DNA of 64,000 nucleotides from the IMG/VR virus record IMGVR_UViG_3300022602_000024, positions 186,001 to 250,000 of that record; one strand, written 5' to 3'. The stretch's first letter is position 1, and every line of letters begins with the position of its first letter. Under the pieces are notes generated by a model. It was given only the letters and a program-made list of their open reading frames with translations, ran no database searches and was not told where the DNA came from. Both the position numbers and the translations under genes were made by a program. This document shows, piece by piece, positions 1-8,557 of the stretch.

Positions 1-14
1 CCAATTACGGATAT

Positions 15-857
15 CTACAGGGTTATTTCGAACTCCTGAGGATTGAACTCTTCGGCTCTTTCCTCGTATCCTTTGTAGCCACGCGGGTTGCACACAATGC
101 GGCATTCACCAATGGTGTAATCAAACTTGCTATGAGTATGACCATGTGTCCAAAGTTGTATCTCTGGATGATCTAAAATAAACTCACTTAGGTCACTGCT
201 ATAAGCACCATTCATAATGGTTTCGTTAACATAGCGTGGATGTGTACTCGCCTTGCTGGGACTATGATGTGTTACCACTACCACTGGATTGGTTAGACCT
301 GCTGCTCGACGTTCTGTTAAAGTCTTCTTGAAGTAGGCCATAGTTTGATGGTGATCCGCCATGGTACGCTCGGGCTGTAATCTAAAATAATTGCCATTGG
401 TTTTGGCAGTGATCTGGCGATAATCATTCATCATTGACCTCATTTGCCAAAGTGTAATTTCATCTCCGCGATTCATATCAGTCCAAAGTGTAGCACCCAT
501 AAAAGTAACGCCATCTAATTCATATGTTTCATTTTCTAACAAATGAACATTATCAGGTAACTGACTACGGATATGATCGTAGGTTTTGTGATACTTAAAC
601 CCATAGTGTTCATGATTGCCCATAACCATGATGGTCTCGCGATACTTGCGGCCACACTCTTCTTCTAAGAATCTGTAGAAACGATCTGGTCTATGATCTG
701 CACGCTCATGCTCCAACAACACCATGTTGGGATTGTACTCGGCTTTTCGAATACTCTTTGCTTCGCACAGGTCTCCTGAAATAATCAGCACATCGCCGCC
801 GGGTAATGTCAGATCAGCAAAGTCCAAATGGAGGTCAGAGATTACATTTATTTTCAT
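15..857 (-). CDS. Calcineurin-like metallophosphoesterase
   Basis: Motifs SDLH, GD, GNHE, THH, HGHTH, NPRGY. Confidence 0.9.
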   Translation of the reverse strand: MKINVISDLHLDFADLTLPGGDVLIISGDLCEAKSIRKAEYNPNMVLLEHERADHRPDRFYRFLEEECGRKYRETIMVMGNHEHYGFKYHKTYDHIRSQLPDNVHLLENETYELDGVTFMGATLWTDMNRGDEITLWQMRSMMNDYRQITAKTNGNYFRLQPERTMADHHQTMAYFKKTLTERRAAGLTNPVVVVTHHSPSKASTHPRYVNETIMNGAYSSDLSEFILDHPEIQLWTHGHTHSKFDYTIGECRIVCNPRGYKGYEERAEEFNPQEFEITL

Positions 858-888
858 ATAGGTATTTTAGCACAAGTTGTGCTGAAGG

Positions 889-1254
889 TCAATCGAAATA
901 ACGCTTGGTTTGGACAATCCAGCCAATTTTGGCTATGTCCGTTTCCACTTCGGGTGTGATATAACTTTCTTCTACAAATCCATCAAAGTCTGTTCCGCTA
1001 AATCCAGTGCCGGAACAATACCAGTTATGGTAGCTATCATCTTCCCGTATTTCGGATATCATTACTGCGGCATGACTCCAACTGCAATCCCATTGAATGT
1101 TTTTCAATATGGCCCATACATCCTTGGGAGAATACAGGTTATTGCACAGGGCAGCATATAAATTTTGAGCGTAAATTTCCCGATGCCGTACTTTATCAAT
1201 GATCCAGTTGGCACCACGTATATCGCGTTCTAGATTAAAAACACGTCTGCTCAT
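889..1254 (-). CDS. Conserved phage hypothetical protein (paralog of 3037..3399)
   Basis: Shares YAQNLYAALCN...W.CSW..A...WYCSG with 3037..3399. Confidence 0.75.
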   Translation of the reverse strand: MSRRVFNLERDIRGANWIIDKVRHREIYAQNLYAALCNNLYSPKDVWAILKNIQWDCSWSHAAVMISEIREDDSYHNWYCSGTGFSGTDFDGFVEESYITPEVETDIAKIGWIVQTKRYFD

Positions 1255-1376
1255 AATAGTATTTACATCGTTTATTAAAAAATACCAAAGACATAAATAA
1301 TATTATAATTCAACACAATAGTGCGGCTCGGTCCGATACACATTCGATAAATATTACTAATACACAGGAGTATCCT

Positions 1377-2408
1377 ATGACAGAACGTCGTAAAATTCGT
1401 TGGCTAATTGCCCATTTTCCCGCATACTTATTCATAAGAACTGCAGAAGCATTTAGTGCCGAATTAGAAAAAATGCGCCCAGGAGAATTTGAAATTGAAA
1501 TTCTCACCATGAAAGATTATGTAAACAAATACAACAAATTGCATGAATTCCTGATAGCACCGCCAGGAGTTGAAGGACTTGAAGATGGCCCAGCTGGCGG
1601 CGCAGCTAGATGGGAAAAAGCAGTGAGCAAATGGCCTAAAATGTTCGCGGCATTAGGTGATGGCGAGTTTGAACTAAGTCAAACGCCAATTGGTCTAATC
1701 GGAACACATCTATATAGAAATTTCTCCGCAATAGATCTACCTTTCTTATTTAAAGATCATGACCACGTAACTGACGTATTAGATGGGCAAATTGGAGATA
1801 GCTTATGTAATCAACTAGCCAAAGAAACACCTATCAGAGGGTTAGCATTTACCTATTCGGGTGGGTATAGAGTAATAGGTTCAAAGCAGAAAATTAAAAA
1901 TCTAACAGAACTTTCTGCAACCAAGTTGTTAACACACAGTATACACAGTAGCAAATTATTCAAAGGCATAGGAGCCAAAACATTTGGTAAACAATATTCA
2001 ACTGATCTTGATTTAGCAGATGTGGCCGAAGATCCAAATGCTGCAATTGAAACAACATATTTGCGATTTACCGGAACTCATGTTTATAAAACTGAACACA
2101 GTATGTTCACAACTAGCATTTTAACTGGTAATAAATTCTGGGACTCGTTAACAGAAGATCAACAAAAGGCATTTCAAATTGCCGCTAAAAATACTGCAAA
2201 ACTCGAAAGAGAATGGAGTATTGAAGACGCTTTAAAATACGAAAAAGATGCTACAAGCAAAGGTATTGAAATCGTTGATATCACCGAAGAAGATCGCGCA
2301 CAACTACAAAAAGCATCAGCGATAGTTTATGATACTCTCAATGACCGTGATATCGATACCGAACTAGTTCAAGCAATCATTGATGCTGGCAACAGCACAA
2401 AACATTAA
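1377..2408 (+). CDS. TRAP-transporter DctP-like substrate-binding protein
   Basis: DLPFLFKDHDH, GLAFTYSGGYR, C-terminal LTEDQQKAFQIAA pattern typical of DctP; SD AGGAG. Confidence 0.75.
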   Translation: MTERRKIRWLIAHFPAYLFIRTAEAFSAELEKMRPGEFEIEILTMKDYVNKYNKLHEFLIAPPGVEGLEDGPAGGAARWEKAVSKWPKMFAALGDGEFELSQTPIGLIGTHLYRNFSAIDLPFLFKDHDHVTDVLDGQIGDSLCNQLAKETPIRGLAFTYSGGYRVIGSKQKIKNLTELSATKLLTHSIHSSKLFKGIGAKTFGKQYSTDLDLADVAEDPNAAIETTYLRFTGTHVYKTEHSMFTTSILTGNKFWDSLTEDQQKAFQIAAKNTAKLEREWSIEDALKYEKDATSKGIEIVDITEEDRAQLQKASAIVYDTLNDRDIDTELVQAIIDAGNSTKH

Positions 2409-2424
2409 AATAAATGTACTCAAT

Positions 2425-2452
2425 AAAAAACCCGCCTTGAGCGGGTTTTTCT
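2425..2452. terminator. Bidirectional intrinsic terminator
   Basis: AAAAAACCCGC-cttga-GCGGGTTTTT between convergent genes. Confidence 0.9.
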
Positions 2453-2468
2453 TTGACTTAGTTAGATA

Positions 2469-2735
2469 TCAAACCAAGCCCATTGCCATTGCTTTGTAAC
2501 CAGCAGCAACCAAACGACGGCTTGCTTTGCCATGACGGTATTCTGTAACACGAACGCCATTGCCAGCAACACGCTTGTTAGCGTAAACTGCAAAACCAGC
2601 GTGACGGATCTCGCTGATAGTAGCAGTTGGGTTCTTGATGCTGAAACGCTTGCTGATTTGGCTGGCTGTCATGGTCTCGCCATTGAGTACGAGGGCGGTA
2701 AACAATTTACCTTGTTTTGTTTTTGGATTAAACAT
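2469..2735 (-). CDS. Small winged-HTH DNA-binding protein
   Basis: GETMTASQISKRFSIKNPTATISEIR helix-turn-helix pattern; SD AGGAG. Confidence 0.65.
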   Translation of the reverse strand: MFNPKTKQGKLFTALVLNGETMTASQISKRFSIKNPTATISEIRHAGFAVYANKRVAGNGVRVTEYRHGKASRRLVAAGYKAMAMGLV

Positions 2736-2852
2736 TTAATTATCTCCTATATAAAAGTATTTGCTGTTGTTATCAGCTAGATCTAGTATAACAAACTTTA
2801 TGCTAGAAAAGCAACGATTTGTTTGCCCATCTGCAAACTAATATAACCAAAG

Positions 2853-3017
2853 TTATTCAGTTTTATTGCTGCGACTGCGTCCACGTGAGTCAGACTCAAG
2901 AATCCTTACATAACTGCGAATAAACGCACCACGTTGATGTGCGTCAACAATCTGTGCTGCTGAACGTTTTACCTGTTTAGGTACTTTTACTGCTTTTGCA
3001 TCATATCCTGAACTCAT
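2853..3017 (-). CDS. Small basic hypothetical protein (54 aa, below ORF-track cutoff)
   Basis: Manually read MSSGYDAKAVKVPKQVKRSAAQIVDAHQRGAFIRSY...; SD AAGGAG upstream. Confidence 0.7.
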   Translation of the reverse strand: MSSGYDAKAVKVPKQVKRSAAQIVDAHQRGAFIRSYVRILESDSRGRSRSNKTE

Positions 3018-3036
3018 AACTTTCTCCTTTTAAAAT

Positions 3037-3399
3037 TTATTCATCTTTGGGCCATTCCCGCCATTGCCAACCTAACTTCCGGAAGTCTTCTTCAATTTCT
3101 TCTGTGACTGTACCTTCAGTGACATAACCTGATGTGTATTCACCTTCGGTCATTATGCCTGAGCAATACCAATCAAGATAATCGCCTTGCTCTAATATGT
3201 CAGCAACGATTCCGCCGGCACTGCGCCAACTACAACTCCACCAATCGTCTCGCAGTATGGGAATAACATCTCGACGCTGCCATTGCGTATTGCACAAGGC
3301 AGCATAGATATTTTGTGCGTACCTTTGGCTGGCTTGTGCCTTGGCCACAATCCAATCAGTAGTATACAGATCTTGCGCAAGATTGTCGTGGTTAGTCAT
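3037..3399 (-). CDS. Conserved phage hypothetical protein (paralog of 889..1254)
   Basis: YAQNIYAALCN, WSCSWRSAG, WYCSG. Confidence 0.75.
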   Translation of the reverse strand: MTNHDNLAQDLYTTDWIVAKAQASQRYAQNIYAALCNTQWQRRDVIPILRDDWWSCSWRSAGGIVADILEQGDYLDWYCSGIMTEGEYTSGYVTEGTVTEEIEEDFRKLGWQWREWPKDE

Positions 3400-3649
3400 T
3401 TAAAATTTTAATATCTGTTACATTGGCCACACGAAAACTGCGCCATTCCTGCTTATCTATGCAGTAAGCACTAACAACTTCAGCGTTGACCTTTTTGGGT
3501 TTCTTATCCTCTTTGATGGGTGCTGGAGGAATATGTGCTGAATTTAGTGTACAAGGCATAACCCGCACACTTCCATCTACCTTGGTAAATGTTACTTCAC
3601 AGATGTTTTCTGTGAGCATTGTTTTGATTTGTTTGTTTGTGTAGGTCAT
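3392..3649 (-). CDS. WYL_2/SH3-like (DUF2693, T4 61.1-like) protein
   Basis: VTFTKVDGSVRVMPCTL ... D.KQEWRSFR motif. Confidence 0.7.
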   Translation of the reverse strand: MTYTNKQIKTMLTENICEVTFTKVDGSVRVMPCTLNSAHIPPAPIKEDKKPKKVNAEVVSAYCIDKQEWRSFRVANVTDIKILND

Positions 3650-3657
3650 AGTTATCC

Positions 3658-3855
3658 TTATTGTCGATTCAGTTCAGCCCAAGCAAGCCAGGCAGTAAAT
3701 GCATTGTACACATTTTCTGCTTCTTTGTCATCCTGTGGCACTTTTACACCACGTACCCAAAATCCTTCGCTGCTAATTCGAATCATTTCTTCTTGTTGTA
3801 CACCATGAAAGGTTATTGAATCTTTCAAATATTCTGTGTCTTCAATTGATTCCAT
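3658..3855 (-). CDS. Hypothetical protein (start moved to MESIED)
   Basis: SD GAGGA before ATG at 3855; avoids long overlap with upstream ORF. Confidence 0.55.
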   Translation of the reverse strand: MESIEDTEYLKDSITFHGVQQEEMIRISSEGFWVRGVKVPQDDKEAENVYNAFTAWLAWAELNRQ

Positions 3856-4058
3856 GTGTATTCCTCTTCGGTGACATAAGCCACTAATTTTACCCAACCC
3901 TTCATACGTGCTCGCTGAATCATCTGTATGTATTCTGCAGGACAATCGGCACTGAATTCCATATCGGCACGGGGATAAGTAACCATGCCATCTAAGACAG
4001 CAAATTCTGATTCACCCTCGTGAATTTTAACGACCGTGCTCTTGTTGACGGTATACAT
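3825..4058 (-). CDS. Hypothetical protein
   Basis: ORF tightly coupled to neighbours. Confidence 0.55.
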   Translation of the reverse strand: MYTVNKSTVVKIHEGESEFAVLDGMVTYPRADMEFSADCPAEYIQMIQRARMKGWVKLVAYVTEEEYTWNQLKTQNI

Positions 4059-4354
4059 TAAATTTTCCGTAATTCCCAGGATCCGTCACCGCGGTCAATC
4101 CAATCGATTATATCACCTTCTTGCCATCCTGTGTGTCGTAACAACGACTCAGGAAAGGTAATGACAGCATCTCCAGTGGTAGGATCCTCTTCTACAGGAA
4201 TGGTCCAGCGCAAGGGATTGGCTTCGATAAACTCACGCAAGATGTTTTCAATCAATTGATTCAGCGTGATGTCACGTTCATGTGCCATTTGCATTAAACG
4301 AAACTGCAAATCCTCATCTAAGTCTAGTTCGACTTCTACTCTATTGTCTAACAT
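4058..4354 (-). CDS. RHH + AbrB/SpoVT-like fused DNA-binding protein
   Basis: AHERDITLNQLIENIL (RHH helices) followed by TIPVEED..G..ITFPESLL..TGWQEGD (AbrB-like). Confidence 0.55.
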   Translation of the reverse strand: MLDNRVEVELDLDEDLQFRLMQMAHERDITLNQLIENILREFIEANPLRWTIPVEEDPTTGDAVITFPESLLRHTGWQEGDIIDWIDRGDGSWELRKI

Positions 4355-4532
4355 CTGTTTTTACCTCGTCTCTTGCAATAATCAACAATGCAATCAGCAC
4401 AATAAAGGTCATTATGGCCATGTACCAATCACCACGTCCCACATACATCGATAATCCCATGGTGTTGAGTCCAATCAGGAACCAATTAATCTTAACGCTG
4501 TTTAACATACACCATAAAACAAAATTTTTCAT
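4341..4532 (-). CDS. Small membrane protein
   Basis: Two hydrophobic segments, 63 aa. Confidence 0.55.
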   Translation of the reverse strand: MKNFVLWCMLNSVKINWFLIGLNTMGLSMYVGRGDWYMAIMTFIVLIALLIIARDEVKTDVRQ

Positions 4533-4759
4533 TCTTTTAACTCCTTCATTACCATATCTTTGGCACGTTGATCTAACTCTTTTTCTTCGGTTTCTACAAT
4601 CAGTGGTATAACTGTTTTGAGCAATTCGCTTACCGCAGCTTCACCTTCCTCAGTCCAATGACTGTAACCTTTGATACTACTGCGATAGAAATATCGTTTA
4701 CTACTACTCAGTTCCACCAAACTGCCATATAACACATCTTTGATTGCATCTCTGTTCAT
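4529..4759 (-). CDS. Hypothetical protein (likely start MNRDAIK)
   Basis: Start placed just after the ligase stop; the longer ORF overlaps ligase by 218 nt. Confidence 0.55.
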   Translation of the reverse strand: MNRDAIKDVLYGSLVELSSSKRYFYRSSIKGYSHWTEEGEAAVSELLKTVIPLIVETEEKELDQRAKDMVMKELKE

Positions 4760-4775
4760 AAAATACTTTCTTAGT

Positions 4776-6086
4776 TTAGATTTTTTCGCCAGGTACAAAG
4801 CCACGGAAACGTAGGAACCTCGGAAAGCGAAGGCTATAAGTGCCATCTTGATTTTGTGTGACTGCGTCTGCGCGGACTTCAACGATGTTATTAAGAACGG
4901 TGTCACGACATATCCAAAGGCTACTGCGTAAATCATCAGTAAACCCACTACCCACGTTAACGCGGATGTTACGCCCATCGTCTTCTCCTTCACATATTAT
5001 AGCACCCAAGCGGCCTACATTACGACCTGTTCCTTCTTCAACGTCTACTACACTTAGGCTAACTTCAATAAAAGGTTTTAGTTTGAGCCAGGCCACACTA
5101 CGTTTACACTCGTATGCGGCATCGGGTGCTTTGATCATAATACCTTCATATCCACCGGCCACCGCTTGAGTATTGATCATTTTAAATCTCTCTTGTCCTT
5201 TGACGGTGTCAAGATCCACAAGTTCTTGTCCTACTACAGTAACATTGGGCATGTGATCTGCCAAGGGCTCATACCAGTTCTTTAACAAGGTACTGCGGTC
5301 CAATTGACTAAACTCACCGGAGCCGGCTTGGAACTCTTCTAAACTCAGGATATCAAACAGATTCAATACTGCATCACTAGCCTCAACATTGTCCTTGCGA
5401 TGCACCTGCTTCATCAAGTCTTGAAAACTACTTGACATGACTTCGCCATCCAATACAGTAGGTACTTTAAACAATCGTGCATGTTTAGCCAACTGTGCTT
5501 TTATGTGAGGGAAGTTAACCAGTTCCTTGCCATTACGGCTATACTGATCCACAGTACCGTTAGGATATACCACAGTGATAACCCGTACGCCATCCAACTT
5601 AACTTCGATAAGTTTACGTCCCCCGACTTTACTCTCATGATTTGTCGAATCATGAGCCAGCTGGCAACTAAACACAGGAATAACAAAACCCACATGATCT
5701 TTCTCCACCATTTTGTTGATTGTTTTTTCGCTAACCCCACAACGTAGATCTTTGATCAAGATCAGTCGATACCAGTTGTTCCACTCATCTTCTCGGGCAT
5801 TTAACCTAAGATAGTTAACTGCGGTAATGGCCGCAGTACCGGTGAGCCGACGTTCAGCCAACTGTTGTGCAGTGGTCCAGAATTGATCTGCGGTAATGCC
5901 ACGCCCTGAGCCAGTCTTGGGTTCTACTTGCTTGATACCATAAGTGATCATTGAGTCTAATGCTGCACGTGCTCCACGAAAGAACTCAACATTATTAGCC
6001 CGAGCCTCACGTGCAATGACTGATTCTTTAAACAGTCGACTATTGTCTGTGTTTAGTTCTGCAACAACTTCCCAAGGTTTTAGCAT
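4776..6086 (-). CDS. lig: ATP-dependent DNA ligase
   Basis: EVKLDGVR (KxDG), DGE, EGIMIK, WLKLKP, SLRFPRF motifs. Confidence 0.95.
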   Translation of the reverse strand: MLKPWEVVAELNTDNSRLFKESVIAREARANNVEFFRGARAALDSMITYGIKQVEPKTGSGRGITADQFWTTAQQLAERRLTGTAAITAVNYLRLNAREDEWNNWYRLILIKDLRCGVSEKTINKMVEKDHVGFVIPVFSCQLAHDSTNHESKVGGRKLIEVKLDGVRVITVVYPNGTVDQYSRNGKELVNFPHIKAQLAKHARLFKVPTVLDGEVMSSSFQDLMKQVHRKDNVEASDAVLNLFDILSLEEFQAGSGEFSQLDRSTLLKNWYEPLADHMPNVTVVGQELVDLDTVKGQERFKMINTQAVAGGYEGIMIKAPDAAYECKRSVAWLKLKPFIEVSLSVVDVEEGTGRNVGRLGAIICEGEDDGRNIRVNVGSGFTDDLRSSLWICRDTVLNNIVEVRADAVTQNQDGTYSLRFPRFLRFRGFVPGEKI

Positions 6087-6101
6087 TTTGGCTCCTTAAT
6101 A

Positions 6102-6136
6102 TACCTATATTATAACACGCTTTTCTTATTTGGTCA
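6102..6136 (-). promoter_or_regulatory. sigma70-type early promoter for ligase
   Basis: TTGACC-17nt-TATAAT then SD AAGGAG. Confidence 0.8.
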
Positions 6137-6139
6137 ATG

Positions 6140-6376
6140 TTAGTTCTTCAACAAATAAAGGGTCACTGCTTCGGAATCTAGGCGTATGAGATCAAAGGGA
6201 TATTTTCGTGCAGTCCAAGTCCACTGCCCACCTACTTTGTTAATGGTCAACATTTTAGGAGTGAGTTTGGTAATCTTACCAATGTGCATATTATTGTTGT
6301 CGGGAAATGCCACGCAATCATCTACATTGAGCTCTTGCCCCAACTTGTCCTGATGTTGATATACTGGTTTAGCCAT
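6140..6376 (-). CDS. Hypothetical protein, KOW/SH3-like
   Basis: DKLGQELNVDDCVAF...GKITKLTPKM; SD AGGAG before MAKPVY. Confidence 0.6.
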   Translation of the reverse strand: MAKPVYQHQDKLGQELNVDDCVAFPDNNNMHIGKITKLTPKMLTINKVGGQWTWTARKYPFDLIRLDSEAVTLYLLKN

Positions 6377-6722
6377 TTTGCACTCCTGCGATATGTCGGC
6401 AAGCACCTCGGAATTTGAACCCACTACAGGTGCAACTGTACTGATTGTCATTTAAACTCACAGTATAAGTATCGCCCTTGCTTCCTGCCACCGACCAAGT
6501 TTTAATACTGCTGTCTTTAACAGGTTCTTCGAACCCAAAAGTATTGGGGATTTCTTTGAATTTTCTGCCACGTGTATCTAAACGCATAGGAGTAGAAAAT
6601 CGAAACACTGAATTGGTGCCGGCACGCACATAAGCAAACATTTTGCTTTTGGAATCATCTGTGATGTAGATGTGATTGGGAGTACGTCCTTCCCATGCTG
6701 TTGTTTCTTGCAGAACTTTCAT
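6369..6722 (-). CDS. SWIM zinc-finger protein
   Basis: YSCTCSGFKFRGACRH (CxC...CxH). Confidence 0.8.
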   Translation of the reverse strand: MKVLQETTAWEGRTPNHIYITDDSKSKMFAYVRAGTNSVFRFSTPMRLDTRGRKFKEIPNTFGFEEPVKDSSIKTWSVAGSKGDTYTVSLNDNQYSCTCSGFKFRGACRHIAGVQNG

Positions 6723-6931
6723 TTTACAAATAACCCTACAATATAAATGGCTAACAGGATACCGTTGACAATGATTAGATTGGTTTCTCTAATTCTAACG
6801 GCCCAGATTAAGTATAACACAGCTCCTGCGTTGAGCAAATAGATATTGAGTGGATCTATACGAAAACTGGTGCAAAGTGCTCCTAAAACAACACTAGCAC
6901 AACCTAACCATTTTAACATTGTATTAATCAT
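6719..6931 (-). CDS. Small membrane protein
   Basis: Three hydrophobic helices; start MINTMLKW after SD. Confidence 0.6.
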   Translation of the reverse strand: MINTMLKWLGCASVVLGALCTSFRIDPLNIYLLNAGAVLYLIWAVRIRETNLIIVNGILLAIYIVGLFVK

Positions 6932-7039
6932 CTGCTTCTTTTTCCTTACTATGTGTATATTATAACACGTTTCGGACTTTTTGGGCAAATTTGGGTGTTG
7001 TTTTTACACTACAAAAAAGTAATACTTCAGTACTACATT

Positions 7040-8155
7040 TTAAACACCCAAGTTGTAGGACTTAGACCATATGGGTTTTAGTTTACCAATACCGCCAGGT
7101 GTAACAAACGCATTTTGATTTAAAAAATTGTAGAACTTTTTGTCTGACAAAAAATTATAAATTGATCGTAGATATGTCATTCCCACTTTGTTTTCTGCAC
7201 TTATTATATCGCGTAAAAATTTTTCTCCGTTTCTAAGTTGCAAATCAGGAGTTACTTCTAAGCTATAATATCCTTCGGAGGAACTGATATATATTTTTTG
7301 AAAAGCACTCATACCAGGTATTAACTCTGGGTGCCGCCCGTGTATGTTGTAAATTAATTGATATTCGAGCTTATTTGTTTCTCTGACACGTGGATCGGCT
7401 ACAAGATTTGGTTTGTCAGGTCTTGTTTGTTGTATCATTTTCAAGGTATTTTTTGCAATATGACTTTGTTTTAAATTAATCATTGGTTCGAGAAAAAAAC
7501 AATCAATATTTTCGTGTCCAAATGACAGTGAAGACAAGATATCATTTTGTTTACTATACCAATAAGGTGCTTCGTAATAAACTGAAGATTTTTCAAGTCC
7601 TAATACAACCACATAATCGGTATCATTGTATTTTCTCTGACAATAAATGTTAAAGTATTCAGCATCAGCGGCCCGTCCCACTTTTAAAAAACGACCCTTA
7701 TTTTGAAACATCCAGTCATCGCCGTACTCAGGATGTTCTTCGTAAATTATATTATCTTTATCAACTGTGGGTAGTTTAACAACTGTTATTTCTGTTGTTG
7801 GGTCTGGATGATTTTCGACCATCCATTTTGCATGAGCATTGATGGTAGTGATGTCGTCAACAAACACCATTATTTCGTCTATATGAATATTGTTTTGTAC
7901 AAAAATATTGTATATGGTATGGCTATCAGTCCCCCCAGACCAAGGAAGTATGATTTTCTTATGTTTGTTTCTAAGGAAGACTGCATGGCGAGTCATTAAC
8001 TCGTCTATGGTTTCTACCGGGTCTTGAGTCCAATTCAGTTTACTGTATTCAGCATCGAAACAATAAAATGTAATTGGTTTGTTGGATTTGTAGGACTCGT
8101 AATAAGCAAGATAAGGGTTATATAAGATTTTATTATTTACTTGATAATGTAGCAT
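7040..8155 (-). CDS. PP-loop (adenine nucleotide alpha-hydrolase-like) ATP pyrophosphatase family protein
   Basis: WSGGTDS PP-motif near N-terminus; substrate unknown. Confidence 0.65.
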   Translation of the reverse strand: MLHYQVNNKILYNPYLAYYESYKSNKPITFYCFDAEYSKLNWTQDPVETIDELMTRHAVFLRNKHKKIILPWSGGTDSHTIYNIFVQNNIHIDEIMVFVDDITTINAHAKWMVENHPDPTTEITVVKLPTVDKDNIIYEEHPEYGDDWMFQNKGRFLKVGRAADAEYFNIYCQRKYNDTDYVVVLGLEKSSVYYEAPYWYSKQNDILSSLSFGHENIDCFFLEPMINLKQSHIAKNTLKMIQQTRPDKPNLVADPRVRETNKLEYQLIYNIHGRHPELIPGMSAFQKIYISSSEGYYSLEVTPDLQLRNGEKFLRDIISAENKVGMTYLRSIYNFLSDKKFYNFLNQNAFVTPGGIGKLKPIWSKSYNLGV

Positions 8156-8169
8156 AGGAGTTTGAAGAG

Positions 8170-8491
8170 ACTGGTAGCTTATTCTGTTACGAGGAAAGCT
8201 ACCGAAACCCTAAGCAGTGTTTAGGCTGCTAATGCGAACAGTTCGTCGTTTGCGTTTACGTTTTTTGCTTCTACGACCGGGTTACCCCAATCCTAACGGG
8301 TTTCACATTCCCGAGCGCCACTATTCTTACTCTTTGCCCAATCGATCACCATGTCAGGCCCATCATAAAAACACAATACCAAAGTAAATTTACAGTGAAT
8401 ACCAAAGTAAATTTATGCTCTTATGGTGGACCTGGAGGCTTCGAAGCCTCTTCTTGAACACTTTTCTTAATAACAGTTTACGCTGTTCAAG
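8170..8491 (-). ncRNA. ssrA: Circularly permuted (two-piece) tmRNA: acceptor piece ~8491-8424, intervening segment 8423-8362, coding piece 8361-~8170
   Basis: Acceptor stem GGGCCTG (8361-8355) pairs with CAGGTCC-A-CCA (8434-8424) with G3:U70; tag ORF 8253-8221 = ANDELFALAA*; helix 2 pairings TTGGGCA/TGTTCAA and TAAGAATAGT/ACTGTTATTA; CCA half lies upstream of 5' half. Outer ends approximate. Confidence 0.93.
8375..8415. repeat. 18-nt direct repeat in the tmRNA intervening segment
   Basis: AATACCAAAGTAAATTTA at 8375-8392 and 8398-8415. Confidence 0.95.
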
Positions 8492-8557
8492 TATTTATTA
8501 TATGGTATGTCGAAACCATTGTCAAGCGGTTTTACTTGGTTTCGACTAAATAATATT

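Noticed and set aside
4760-4993. Hydrophobic N-terminal extension ORF overlapping the ligase 3' end, with TATAAT and AAGGAG upstream
   Set aside because: The SD and ATG arise from the ligase codons for CEGEDDG, so this is probably coincidental. The downstream start at 4759 explains the gene. Ribosome profiling could revive it.
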